Assembly: GCA_012515595.1 (NCBI GenBank)
Contig: JAAYYA010000205.1
Span: 1-63,705 of the forward strand
Length of the DNA: 63,705 nucleotides
Source: Actinomycetales bacterium
Lineage (GTDB): Bacteria > Actinomycetota > Actinomycetes > Actinomycetales > Dermatophilaceae
Direction of reading: 5' to 3'
Part shown: piece by piece, positions 19,959 to 29,568 of the stretch
How positions within the stretch are numbered: the stretch's first letter is position 1
Layout: each line of letters begins with the position of its first letter
Made by a program: the position numbers and the translations under genes
The notes under the pieces: generated by a model
What the model was told of the DNA's origin: nothing
The model's database searches: none
Seen by the model: only the letters and a program-made list of their open reading frames with translations

Positions 19959-20983
19959 CGGGGGTCCTCCTCGGCCCGGACGGGTGGGACGGTGGGATCG
20001 TAAGCGTCGGGCGGGGCGAGACTGTCGGCAGGGGCCGCGTGAGGCGGCGTCGCGCGGCGGAGGGCGACGTGCGCCGCTCCCCAGAGCGCGGCCTCCGCAC
20101 CCGCGCCCGAGACCAGCACCGGGGTGGCCGCGACGGGGTCCATCGCCTCCAGCCGGATCCCCTCGGCCAGCGACGACGGCCAGGGCCGGGGGGCCCGCGC
20201 CAGCCCGCCGCCCACGACGACGACGTCGGGGTCGAGCACGTTCAGCAGGGCGCCGACGGCACGGCCCGTCGCGCGGCCGGCCTCGGCCAGCAGCGCCCGC
20301 GCAGCGTCGTGTAGGCCGCCCGGGTCGTCCGCAGAGGCGAGCCCGGCGATCTGCCGCGCCGTGAGGTCCTGGCCGGTCCGCGTCCGGAAGACCGCACGCA
20401 GCCCGGACCCGGACGCGAAGCCCTCCAGGTGCCCCTCCCGGCCGCAGGTGCACGGCATACCGACGGCCTCGGGGACGGGCAGATGACCGACGTGACCGGC
20501 CACGCCGCGGGCGCCGACCACGGGCTCGCCGTCGACGACCAGCCCGCCCCCGACGCCGGTGCCGACGGCGACCGCGAGGACACGGCGGTGCCCGCGGCCG
20601 ACGCCGTGGACGGCCTCCCCGACGCCGTGGGCGTGGACGTCGTTGAGGACGGTCACCGGCAGCCCCAGCTCATGCTGGAGGTGGTCGCGCAGCGGCGTGC
20701 CGGCCCAGCCGGGCAGGGTGTCCGTGGCGTGCGTGATGCGCCCCTCGACCGGGTGGACCGTGCCGGCGCTGGACACGCCGAGCACCTCCACGGCGACCCC
20801 CTCGCCGACGGCCGACGCCAGCACCTGGCGGGCGAGGTCGGACGCGGCCGCGAGCACCGCCGCACCGCCCTGGGCGGCCGGGGTCGGCACGGAGCGGGCG
20901 TGGGTCACGACCGGTCCGGGCAGCTCGACCACCGCGGCGGCGAGCTTGCTGCCGCCGATGTCGAGGGCGAGCGCCCTAGGCAC
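19955..20983 (-). CDS. nanK: ROK family sugar kinase (probable ManNAc kinase)
   Basis: DIGGSK, LNDVHA, GTGVGGG, CTCGREGHLE; located between nanA and nanE. Confidence 0.8.
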   Translation of the reverse strand: MPRALALDIGGSKLAAAVVELPGPVVTHARSVPTPAAQGGAAVLAAASDLARQVLASAVGEGVAVEVLGVSSAGTVHPVEGRITHATDTLPGWAGTPLRDHLQHELGLPVTVLNDVHAHGVGEAVHGVGRGHRRVLAVAVGTGVGGGLVVDGEPVVGARGVAGHVGHLPVPEAVGMPCTCGREGHLEGFASGSGLRAVFRTRTGQDLTARQIAGLASADDPGGLHDAARALLAEAGRATGRAVGALLNVLDPDVVVVGGGLARAPRPWPSSLAEGIRLEAMDPVAATPVLVSGAGAEAALWGAAHVALRRATPPHAAPADSLAPPDAYDPTVPPVRAEEDPR

Positions 20984-21914
20984 TGGCGACGGGGGCCCTG
21001 GTCAGACCGACAGCGTCACAGATCTCGGCGATCCGCCGGGCCTGGAGCTCGTCCAGCACGGCCATCGGCGGCGACATCACGTTGGTCTCGATGACGCCGA
21101 GGTGGCGCAGCGCCGTCTTGAAGGCGCCGATGCCGGCGGTGGGGCCGACCCGGTCGGCGGGGACGAAGACGATCTCGAAGAGCCGGGCGAGCCGGTCCTG
21201 CTCCTCCCGCACCGCCGCCCAGTCCCCGGCCCGGGCGGCCCGGTCCATCCGGACGTAGCCCGCCGGGTCGACGTTGCCGAGCCCCGGCACGGACCCGTGG
21301 GCGCCGGCCAGGTAGGCGCCGTCGACGACTACCTCGTGGCCGGTGAGCAGGCTCAGCGGCTCCCCCGCCTCCTGGTTCTTCATCACCAGGCGGCGGAAGC
21401 CCACGTCGTCCCCCGAGGAGTCCTTCACGCCCGTGAGCACCCCCTCGCTGCCGAGCCGGACCAGCAGGTCGGCGCCGAGCTTGAGGTGGGTGCAGACGGG
21501 GATGTCGTAGGCCCAGACCGGCAGGTCCGTGGCGGCCGCGATCCCCCGGAAGTGCGCCTCGGTCTCGTCGGGGCCGGTGATGGAGTAGAACGGGGCCGTC
21601 GCCACGACGCCGGCGGCCCCCACCCGCTCAGCGATCCGCACGTGCGTCAGGACCCGGCTCAGCTGCATCTCGATCACCCCCGCGAGGACCGGCACCTCAC
21701 CGGCGACGATCCCGGTGACCGCCTCGAGGGCGGCGGTGCGCGACCGGTCGTCGAGGTAGGCGGCCTCGCTGCTGGAGCCGAGGGCGAACAGGCCGTCGAC
21801 CCCCGCCTCGAGCATCCGCGTCACGAGGCGCTCGAGGGAGGCGAGGTCGATCTCCCCGTCGGCGGTGAGGGGGGTGAGCACGGGCGGGACGACGCCCGTG
21901 AGGCGGTCGGTCAT
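20976..21914 (-). CDS. nanA: DapA/NanA family aldolase (probable N-acetylneuraminate lyase)
   Basis: GSSSE, YDIP, GVKDSSGD; sialic-acid cluster context. Confidence 0.8.
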   Translation of the reverse strand: MTDRLTGVVPPVLTPLTADGEIDLASLERLVTRMLEAGVDGLFALGSSSEAAYLDDRSRTAALEAVTGIVAGEVPVLAGVIEMQLSRVLTHVRIAERVGAAGVVATAPFYSITGPDETEAHFRGIAAATDLPVWAYDIPVCTHLKLGADLLVRLGSEGVLTGVKDSSGDDVGFRRLVMKNQEAGEPLSLLTGHEVVVDGAYLAGAHGSVPGLGNVDPAGYVRMDRAARAGDWAAVREEQDRLARLFEIVFVPADRVGPTAGIGAFKTALRHLGVIETNVMSPPMAVLDELQARRIAEICDAVGLTRAPVASA

Positions 21915-21936
21915 GATGGGTGCCTTTCGAGGTGGC

Positions 21937-22764
21937 TCAGAGCAGCGACGGCGTCGCGGCGAGCAGGGTGCGGGTGTAGGGGTCGGAGGGGTTGCCGAGC
22001 ACCTGCTCGGCGGGGCCGGTCTCGACGACCCGGCCGCCGTTCATCACGGCGACCCGGTCGGAGACGTAGCGCACGGTGCTGATGTCGTGGCTGATGAAGA
22101 CCAGGCCGAGCCCGAGCTCGTCCTTGAGGTCGGTCAGCAGGTTGAGCACCTGCGCGCGGACCGACACGTCCAGCGCGGAGGTGGGCTCGTCGGCCACGAC
22201 GACGTCCGGCTCGAGGGTGAGCGCCCGGGCGATGGCCACCCGCTGACGCTGGCCGCCGGAGATCTGCCGGGGCAGCACCTCCAGCGCGGACAGCGGGAGG
22301 CCGACCAGCTGGATCAGGTCCCGCACGCGGGCCTGCCGGGACCGGTCGTCGCCGATGCCGTGGACGCGCAGCGGGTCCAGGAGCTGCTCCCGCACCGCCA
22401 TCCGCGGGTTCAGTGCGGTCGCCGGGTCCTGGAAGACCACGGACACCGCCCGCCCGAGGGTGCGGCGGGCCCGGGAACCCCGGCCCAGCGGTGTGCCCCG
22501 GAAGAGCACCTCGCCCTGCGTGGGCGGCTGCAGCCCGACCATCACCCGGGCCAGCGTGGACTTGCCGGACCCGGACTCGCCGACGATGCCGACGGTCTCT
22601 CCGCGGCTGACCCGGAAGTCGACCCCGGCGACCGCGTGGACCTTGTCGGGGCGGAAGAGACTCCCGGTGCGGGCCCGGTGCACCACGTGCACGTCGCGCA
22701 GCTCGATCACCGGCACGTCCGACACCTCGGGCACGCGCGTGCCGCGGCCCTGCTGGGTGCTCAT
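21937..22764 (-). CDS. Opp/Dpp-type ABC ATP-binding protein
   Basis: GESGSGKS, ISGGQRQR, ADEPTSALD. Confidence 0.92.
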   Translation of the reverse strand: MSTQQGRGTRVPEVSDVPVIELRDVHVVHRARTGSLFRPDKVHAVAGVDFRVSRGETVGIVGESGSGKSTLARVMVGLQPPTQGEVLFRGTPLGRGSRARRTLGRAVSVVFQDPATALNPRMAVREQLLDPLRVHGIGDDRSRQARVRDLIQLVGLPLSALEVLPRQISGGQRQRVAIARALTLEPDVVVADEPTSALDVSVRAQVLNLLTDLKDELGLGLVFISHDISTVRYVSDRVAVMNGGRVVETGPAEQVLGNPSDPYTRTLLAATPSLL

Positions 22765-24938
22765 GGGCGGACCTCCTCTGCCTCGGTGACTGCCTCGGTG
22801 GCCGCCTTGGTGGCCGCCTTGGCCGCCTCCAGCTCGTCGGTGGACGCATAGTGGTGGGTGGTCCCCGGCACCGTGCGCAGGTCCGGTCGGGTGCCGATCC
22901 CGACACCGGGGTAGGCCGAGCGCGGGGCGAAGCGGTCGCCGCGCACGAAGTCCCGGGGCGAGGGGACGGTGCCCTGGACCTGGTGGAGCCGCTGGGCGCC
23001 GGACTCGATCGACAGCACCGACCCGAGCAGGCCGCGGGTGTACTCGTGACGGGGGTCGACCAGCACCTCACTGGTCGTTCCCTGCTCGACGACCTGCCCG
23101 GCATACATGACGGTGATGCGGTGGGCGAGCTGGGCGACCAGGGCGAGGTCGTGGCTGACGAAGACCATCGCGAAGCCCAGCTCGCGACGCAGCTCGTTGA
23201 GCAGGTCGACCACCTGCTGCTGCACCGTCACGTCCAGCGCCGTGGTCGGCTCGTCCGCGATGAGCAGGCGGGGGTTGCGGGTCAGCGCCATGGCGATCAG
23301 CACCCGCTGGCGCTGCCCGCCGGAGAGCTCGTGGGGGTAGGACTTCAGCGTCCGCCTGGGGTCCAGCCCGACCAGCTCCATGAGCTCGGCGGCCGTCCGC
23401 TTGCCGCCGCGGCGGATGAGCTGCTGCAGCTGGGAGCTGACCAGCATCGAGGGGTTCAGGCTGGACAGGGCGTCCTGGTAGACCATGGCCATGTCGTGGC
23501 CGCGCAGGGCGTTGCGCTGGCGCGGGGCCAGGGACAGCACGTCCTGCCCGGCGAAGCGGACCTCGCCCCGGATGTCCGCGGTCGGCGGCAGCAGCCCCAT
23601 GATCGACATCGCGGTGATCGACTTGCCGCAGCCGGACTCACCGACCAGGCCCATGGTCTCCCCGGGACGGACGCTGAAGGAGACGTCGTCGACGATGTCC
23701 ACGTCACCGTGGGCCTCCGGGAAGGCGATGGACAGGTTGCGGACCTCCAGGAGGGGCTCGGCGGCGGTGTCCTCGTAGACCAGCCGGTCACCGCGGCGCT
23801 CCTCGGCGACCCGGAGGGCGTCCAGGCTGTCGTCGAGCAGGAGCCGAGCCTGCTCGACGTCGGTGTGGCCGAGCACGCGGGGCGCCTCGGCCGGGGCCTC
23901 GCCCAGCCGGCCGGCGCCGAGGGCGTCCTCGGGCTCCGGCTCCACCACGGGGAGGTCCACGACGTTGCCGGTGGCGCCCAGCGTGACCGACTGGCTGGGC
24001 AGCTCGGCCAGGTCGGCACCGGCCTCCAGCGCCTCGGCGACCTCGGCCTCGTCGGCCTCGACGTCGACCTTGTGCCGGATCCGGGGGCTGGCCAGCGCGT
24101 CGGTGAGCCCCTCGGCGAGGACGTTGAGGGAGAGCACCGTCAGCAGGATCATCAGGCCGGGGAAGAAGGTCGGCCACCAGTAGCCGGAGAGCAGCAGCTG
24201 CTTGCCCTCGGCCAGGATGTTGCCCCACGACGGGTCCGGCGGCCGGACGCCGGCGTTGATGAACGACAGCGACGCCTCCAGCACGATCGCGTCCGCGACC
24301 AGGACGGTGGCGAACACCAGGATCGGCGCCAGCGTGTTCCTCGCGACGTGCTTGACCAGGATCCGGACCGTGCCGGCCCCCATCACCTGGGAGGCGGCGA
24401 CGTAGTCCTCGCCGAACTGGGCCAGCACGTTGGCCCGGATCACCCGGGCGAGCTGCGGGACGTAGAGGAAGCCGATCGCGAAGATCAGCACCGGCAGGCT
24501 GGTGCCCCAGACGGCCACGAAGACGGCGGCCAGGGCGATGCCCGGGAAGCTCATGATGATGTCGAGGATGCGCATCAGCACCTCGGAGACGACCTTGCCG
24601 CCCGTGGCGGCGATCGAGCCGAGCACGGCCGCCGCCAGCAGCGCGCCACCGGTGGCGCACAGGCCGATGAGCAGGGAGGAGCGCGCGCCGTAGACGACGC
24701 GGGCGAAGATCTCACGCCCGCTGCTGTCGGTGCCGAACCAGTGCTCGGAGCTCGGCGGCTGCACCGGCGTGCCGGTGGCATAGGGGCCGGCGGGCACCAG
24801 GACCGGCGCGAGCAGGGCCACCAGGGCCATCAGCGCCAGGAAGGCCAGGGCGATCTTGGAGGTCAGCGGCAGGTCCCGCAGGGCACCCAGGCGGGCGCCG
24901 GGTGCGGCGACGAGGCGGTCGGTGAGGCGGCGGCGCAT
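22761..24938 (-). CDS. Fused Opp/Dpp-type permease plus ATPase
   Basis: N-terminal DppC-like part (HWFGTD...EASLSF) then GESGCGKS, LSGGQRQR, ADEPTTALD; ATG at 24938 overlaps the upstream stop. Confidence 0.9.
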   Translation of the reverse strand: MRRRLTDRLVAAPGARLGALRDLPLTSKIALAFLALMALVALLAPVLVPAGPYATGTPVQPPSSEHWFGTDSSGREIFARVVYGARSSLLIGLCATGGALLAAAVLGSIAATGGKVVSEVLMRILDIIMSFPGIALAAVFVAVWGTSLPVLIFAIGFLYVPQLARVIRANVLAQFGEDYVAASQVMGAGTVRILVKHVARNTLAPILVFATVLVADAIVLEASLSFINAGVRPPDPSWGNILAEGKQLLLSGYWWPTFFPGLMILLTVLSLNVLAEGLTDALASPRIRHKVDVEADEAEVAEALEAGADLAELPSQSVTLGATGNVVDLPVVEPEPEDALGAGRLGEAPAEAPRVLGHTDVEQARLLLDDSLDALRVAEERRGDRLVYEDTAAEPLLEVRNLSIAFPEAHGDVDIVDDVSFSVRPGETMGLVGESGCGKSITAMSIMGLLPPTADIRGEVRFAGQDVLSLAPRQRNALRGHDMAMVYQDALSSLNPSMLVSSQLQQLIRRGGKRTAAELMELVGLDPRRTLKSYPHELSGGQRQRVLIAMALTRNPRLLIADEPTTALDVTVQQQVVDLLNELRRELGFAMVFVSHDLALVAQLAHRITVMYAGQVVEQGTTSEVLVDPRHEYTRGLLGSVLSIESGAQRLHQVQGTVPSPRDFVRGDRFAPRSAYPGVGIGTRPDLRTVPGTTHHYASTDELEAAKAATKAATEAVTEAEEVRP

Positions 24939-25903
24939 CAGATGTTCCGGATCCTCGGGTTGACCATGACGTAGAGCAGGTCGACCACGATGTTGACGAC
25001 GATGAAGGCGATGGCGACGACGAGGGTGACGCCCTGCACGAGGTAGACGTCGTTGCGGGTGACCCCGTCGAGGATCAGCTGACCCATGGCGCGGATGTTG
25101 AAGATGATCTCGATGATCACCGCGCCGCCCATGAGGTAGCCGACCCGCAGACCGAGCACGGTCAGCGGGGTGATCAGCGCGTTGCGCAGGACGTTGCGGG
25201 CCACGACCTCGCGGCGAGGGATCCCCGAGCCGATCGCGGTCCGCACGTAGTCCTTGTCCAGCTCCTCCACCATCGAGGTGCGGACCACCCGGGTGAGCGA
25301 GCCCGCCACCGGGACGGCGAGCGCGATGGCCGGCAGGGTGATGTTGTTGACGTAGGTCGCCGGGTCCTCCCGGAAGGGCACCCACTGCAGGATCAGCGCG
25401 GGGAAGGTGCCCCAGCCACCGGGCACGGTGCCGAGCCACTGGATGAGCAGGATCGCCAGCCAGAAGGACGGCGTGGCCAGCGCCGCGATGGACAGCACCC
25501 GGATCGCCTGGTCGAGGAACCGGTCGCGGTAGAGCGCCGCCACGACCCCGAGGACCAGGGAGATCACGATCGCGATGGCCAGCCCGATGAAGGTCAGCTG
25601 GAGGGTGATCGGGAAGGCCGCGGCCACCACCTCGGTCACCGGCGCGTTGCCGCTGGTCGTGCCCAGGTCGCCGCGCAGCATGCCCGCCAGGAAGCTGAGG
25701 TACTGCGTCCACAGCGGGTCGTTGAGCCCGTTGCGCTCCCGGTAGGCCTCGAGCGCCTCCTCCGAGGCGGACTCTCCGAGGGCCAGCCGGGCGGGGTCCG
25801 CCGGCGACAGGGACATCACCAGGAAGACCAGCAGCGTGACACCCAGGATCATGATCGGCAGCGCCACCAGGCGCCGGCCGATCAGTCTGAGCAGGTGGGA
25901 CAC
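24938..25903 (-). CDS. Opp/Dpp-type ABC permease (DppB-like)
   Basis: LRGDLG, TPSFWL, DYVRTA, LRNALI. Confidence 0.92.
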   Translation of the reverse strand: MSHLLRLIGRRLVALPIMILGVTLLVFLVMSLSPADPARLALGESASEEALEAYRERNGLNDPLWTQYLSFLAGMLRGDLGTTSGNAPVTEVVAAAFPITLQLTFIGLAIAIVISLVLGVVAALYRDRFLDQAIRVLSIAALATPSFWLAILLIQWLGTVPGGWGTFPALILQWVPFREDPATYVNNITLPAIALAVPVAGSLTRVVRTSMVEELDKDYVRTAIGSGIPRREVVARNVLRNALITPLTVLGLRVGYLMGGAVIIEIIFNIRAMGQLILDGVTRNDVYLVQGVTLVVAIAFIVVNIVVDLLYVMVNPRIRNI

Positions 25904-26023
25904 GGCATCTCCTTCGACGCGGTGTGGGTATGACGAGTGGTCGGGTGGGCGGCGCAGGTGGCACCGGGTCGGTGGTCGGCCCTACCGGTGGTGCCGGTGG
26001 GCCCGACGGCCGTGCTGGTCGGC

Positions 26024-26063
26024 CCCGACGGGCGGCGGCGCTGGCCGCCCCCGCCCGTCGGGC
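26024..26063 (-). terminator. Intercistronic hairpin after the solute-binding protein gene
   Basis: CCCGACGGGCGG...CCGCCCGTCGGG; likely mRNA-stabilising or attenuating. Confidence 0.55.
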
Positions 26064-26070
26064 ACCGGGT

Positions 26071-27711
26071 CTACTTCGTGGAGGCGACCCCGACGAAGCT
26101 CAGGCCGGTCAGCGAGATCGGCTGGAAGTCCACCAGCGACTGGTCGTCCCAGGCGGTGGGCGCCTTGCGGTGGAACAGCGGGTAGAGCGGGACGTCCTCG
26201 GAGATCACATCGAAGATCTCGTGCCAGGCGTCCAGCTGCGCCTGCTCCTCGGTGGCCTGCAGGCCCTGCTCCAGGAGGGTCTGGACCTGGTCGTAGGACT
26301 CGCTGCCCTTCCAGTGCATCCGGCTGTCGGTCCAGATGTCGTTGCCGTACCACCAGCGCATGAGCAGGTCGGCGTCGTTGCCGAAGACGGACGGGTCGCC
26401 CGGCGCGATGAACGCGTCGTAGGCGTCCGGGTTGCCGTCGATGGTGGTGTAGGCGTCCGCGGACTGCTTCTCCTCGAACTGCACCTCCACTCCGGCCGCC
26501 TTGAGGTTCTCCACGATGATCGGGGTGCACTGCTTGACCCAGTCGTGGTTGGTCGCGAGCACCCGGAAGCTGGTCACGCCGGCCTCGGCGAAGAGCGACT
26601 TCGCCTTCTCCAGGTCCAGGCGGTAGACCACGGACGCCTCCTGGAAGGCGGGGTGGTCCTGCTGCACGAAGGCCGAGGCGGCCTCCGCCTGGCCGGTGAG
26701 GCCGGTGCCGATGATCTCGTCCATGTCCAGGGCGTAGAGGAAGGCCTGGCGGACCCGGACGTCGGCGAACGGGTTGCCCTCGGTGCCGTTGAACATCGCG
26801 AAGAGCAGACCGAAGCCCTGCACCGACTCGACCGTGGAGGAGGTCTTCAGCTGGTCGATCGACAGGTAGGGCACCGAGTCGATGGCCTGGACGCTCGCGG
26901 ACTGCAGCGCGTTGGTCCGGGTGGCCGGGTCGGGGATGATCTGCCAGTTCATCGTCGCGGCGCGGGCCGGGCGGGGGCCGGTGTAGTCGTCGTTGCGCTC
27001 GAAGCTGACGACCTTGCTCACGGCGCCGTTGTCGGTCATCTTCCAGGGGCCGGTCCCGATCGGGTTGGCGTCGAAGGCCTCCCGGTCACCGCTGGCCGCG
27101 GCCTTCGGGACGATCTTGACGACCGCGAGCCGCTCGGCGAGCACCCCGACGGGGTAGGCCAGCTCGATGGTGACGGTCGTGTCGTCCTTGGCGGTGACGC
27201 CGGAGATGAACGGGATGAAGCTGGCGTAGAGAGAGGCGTTCTCCGGGTCGAGCACCCGCTCGAAGGAGTAGACGACGTCCTCGGTGGTGACCGGGCTGCC
27301 GTCGTGGAAGACCGCTCCGTCGCGGAGGGTGACGTCGACCGACGTCCCACCGTCCGCCACCTTGGGGAGCTCGGTCGCCAGGGCCGGGTAGCACTCGCGG
27401 GTGGCCGGGTCGATCTCGGTCAGGCCCTCCAGGGTGTGCCAGTTGACCGCGACCGTCAGGGCGGCCGTGGTCGTCATCGGGTCGTAGCCGTTGGTCCCCA
27501 GCTCGTAGGAGATGGCGCCGGTGATGGTGCCGCTCTCGCTCGCCGTGCCACCCGTCGCCGGCGCGTCGTCGCCGGTGGTGGTCGCCGACCCGTTGTCGCT
27601 GTCGGGTGCACAGCTGGAGAGCGCGGCCGCGAAGCCGGCCGCGAGGGAGACCGAGCCGGCGAGCCGCAGGAAGCTCCGGCGCGAGGCCGAGTGGTGAAGA
27701 GCGTTCGTCAT
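26071..27711 (-). CDS. Family 5 ABC solute-binding lipoprotein (probable sialic-acid binding)
   Basis: Tat motif SRRSFL and lipobox LSSC; LRDGAVFHDGSPVT and PIGTGPWK motifs. Confidence 0.9.
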   Translation of the reverse strand: MTNALHHSASRRSFLRLAGSVSLAAGFAAALSSCAPDSDNGSATTTGDDAPATGGTASESGTITGAISYELGTNGYDPMTTTAALTVAVNWHTLEGLTEIDPATRECYPALATELPKVADGGTSVDVTLRDGAVFHDGSPVTTEDVVYSFERVLDPENASLYASFIPFISGVTAKDDTTVTIELAYPVGVLAERLAVVKIVPKAAASGDREAFDANPIGTGPWKMTDNGAVSKVVSFERNDDYTGPRPARAATMNWQIIPDPATRTNALQSASVQAIDSVPYLSIDQLKTSSTVESVQGFGLLFAMFNGTEGNPFADVRVRQAFLYALDMDEIIGTGLTGQAEAASAFVQQDHPAFQEASVVYRLDLEKAKSLFAEAGVTSFRVLATNHDWVKQCTPIIVENLKAAGVEVQFEEKQSADAYTTIDGNPDAYDAFIAPGDPSVFGNDADLLMRWWYGNDIWTDSRMHWKGSESYDQVQTLLEQGLQATEEQAQLDAWHEIFDVISEDVPLYPLFHRKAPTAWDDQSLVDFQPISLTGLSFVGVASTK

Positions 27712-27740
27712 TGATCGCGAGCCTTTCGGGGTGACATGAC

Positions 27741-27760
27741 ATAGGACGTCTGATGTCTGG
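27741..27760. promoter_or_regulatory. NanR-type operator
   Basis: ATAGGACGTCTGATGTCTGG (reverse complement CCAGACATCAGACGTCCTAT) resembles actinobacterial GntR-type NanR sites; lies between the divergent SBP and regulator genes. Confidence 0.7.
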
Positions 27761-27808
27761 TGTTGTGGAACAATAAGCGCCGAACCGCAGATCGTCAAGG
27801 AGGAACAC

Positions 27809-28561
27809 GTGGCAACGGTGCATGATCCCCTTCACATGCTGCCGCGGCAGCGGCGCCGCCAGACCGGGCCGTCCACGGCGGAGGAGATCAAGGGCTTCAT
27901 CCGGGACCAGGGGCTGGGTCCGGGCGACCCGCTCCCGACCGAGGCCGAGCTGTGCGAGGCGCTGGGGGTGTCCCGCTCCTCGGTGCGCGAGGCGATCCGC
28001 ACCCTGGAGTCCCTCGACATCGTCACCGTCCGGCACGGCTACGGCACCTACGTGGGCGGACTCTCCCTCGCACCCCTGGTCTCCGGGCTGATCTTCCGCG
28101 GCTCGCTCAACCGCGACGGGACCTTCCGCACCCTCCGGGAGGTGCTGCAGGTGCGGATCGCGCTCGACCTCGGCGTCGCCGAGGAGCTCGTGGAGGCCTA
28201 CCGCAACACCACCAACGACGAGCTGCGGGCGCTGGTGGAACAGATGCGCGAGCGCAACCGGGCCGGTGAGTTCTTCACCGAGCAGGACGGGGAGTTCCAC
28301 CGCCAGCTCCTCCGCCCGCTGGACAACACCCTCGTCCGGCAATTGGTCGGCGCCTTCTGGGAGGTGCACACCACCTGCGTGCCGATGCTGCGGATCCCGA
28401 CCTCCAGCGACATCGAGCACACCATCGAGGCCCACGACCACATGCTCACCGCACTCGAGGCGGGCGACACCGAGGCCTACCTGGCGGCGGTCGCCCAGCA
28501 CTACGAGCCGCTGCAGCGCAGCATCGAGCAGGCACTTCGCGATGCGGGGCAGCAGGCCTGA
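27809..28561 (+). CDS. nanR: GntR/FadR family regulator (probable NanR)
   Basis: LPTEAELCEALGVSRSSVREA winged HTH and FCD domain (DGEFH); divergent from the nan operon. Confidence 0.82.
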   Translation: MATVHDPLHMLPRQRRRQTGPSTAEEIKGFIRDQGLGPGDPLPTEAELCEALGVSRSSVREAIRTLESLDIVTVRHGYGTYVGGLSLAPLVSGLIFRGSLNRDGTFRTLREVLQVRIALDLGVAEELVEAYRNTTNDELRALVEQMRERNRAGEFFTEQDGEFHRQLLRPLDNTLVRQLVGAFWEVHTTCVPMLRIPTSSDIEHTIEAHDHMLTALEAGDTEAYLAAVAQHYEPLQRSIEQALRDAGQQA

Positions 28562-29568
28562 TGGGCGGCACCCGACCGGCCTTCGACCCCGACCTGCTCC
28601 CTGGGCTCCAGGCCCGCGCCGCACAGCTCCCCCCGTTGTCCGCCGACACCCTGGAGCAGCACCGTCGCATCGCCGTCGAGGGCACGCCCGGGGATCGGCC
28701 GGCCGACCTCACGGCCGGCGGCACGATCCGGGTCAGCGAGCGGACCGTCCCCGGCCCCGCCGGCGCCCCGGACCTCACGCTGCTGGTGCTCTCCCCCGCC
28801 GACGGCAGCGGCCCGTGGCCCGGGATCTACCACACCCACGGCGGCGGCATGGTGATGGGCACCCCCCGCTCGCAGATCGAGCCACTGCTCCCCCACGTCG
28901 CCGCGGGCGCGGTCCTCGTGTCGGTGGACTACCGTCTGGCGCCCGAGCACCCGGACCCAGCACCGGTCGAGGACTGCTACGCCGGCCTGGTCTGGACCGC
29001 CGAGCACGCCGTGGAGCTGGCGATCGACCCGGACCGGCTAATGATCATGGGCGCCAGCGCGGGCGGCGGCCTGGCCGCGGGCACGGCGCTGCTCGCCCGG
29101 GACCGCGGCGGCCCCCGGCTGACCCACCAGGTGCTCTTTTACCCGATGCTCGACGACCGCATGGCGACCCCGAGCAGCACCATGCTGGACGGGGAGGGGC
29201 TGTGGGACCGCCACGACAACCTCTTCGGCTGGACCGCCCTCCTCGGTGACCGGCGCGGCGGACCCGGCGTCACGGCATACGCCGCCCCGGCCCGGGCCAC
29301 GGACCTGGGGGGACTGCCCCGGACCTACCTGGACGTCGGCGACTGCGACACCTTCCGCGACGAGGTCCTCGACTTCGCGCTGCGGCTGAGCCAGGCGGGG
29401 GTCGCGGTCGACCTGCACCTGTGGGCGGGGGCCTACCACGGCTCGGAGGTGGTCTCCCCGGAGGCGATGCTGAGCCGGCAGATCACGGCGGTGCGCGACG
29501 ACTTCCTGCGCCGGGCGCTGCGCGCGAACCGCGACGCTGCGGCCGTGGCGCTAGCCCCCGGGGGCTGA
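28561..29568 (+). CDS. HSL-family alpha/beta hydrolase (esterase/lipase)
   Basis: HGGG, DYRLAPE, GASAG, DTFRDE, YHG; TGATG overlap with the regulator. Confidence 0.9.
   Translation: MGGTRPAFDPDLLPGLQARAAQLPPLSADTLEQHRRIAVEGTPGDRPADLTAGGTIRVSERTVPGPAGAPDLTLLVLSPADGSGPWPGIYHTHGGGMVMGTPRSQIEPLLPHVAAGAVLVSVDYRLAPEHPDPAPVEDCYAGLVWTAEHAVELAIDPDRLMIMGASAGGGLAAGTALLARDRGGPRLTHQVLFYPMLDDRMATPSSTMLDGEGLWDRHDNLFGWTALLGDRRGGPGVTAYAAPARATDLGGLPRTYLDVGDCDTFRDEVLDFALRLSQAGVAVDLHLWAGAYHGSEVVSPEAMLSRQITAVRDDFLRRALRANRDAAAVALAPGG

Noticed and set aside
22761-24938. Permease-ATPase fusion
   Set aside because: Known feature of actinobacterial sialic-acid ABC importers.
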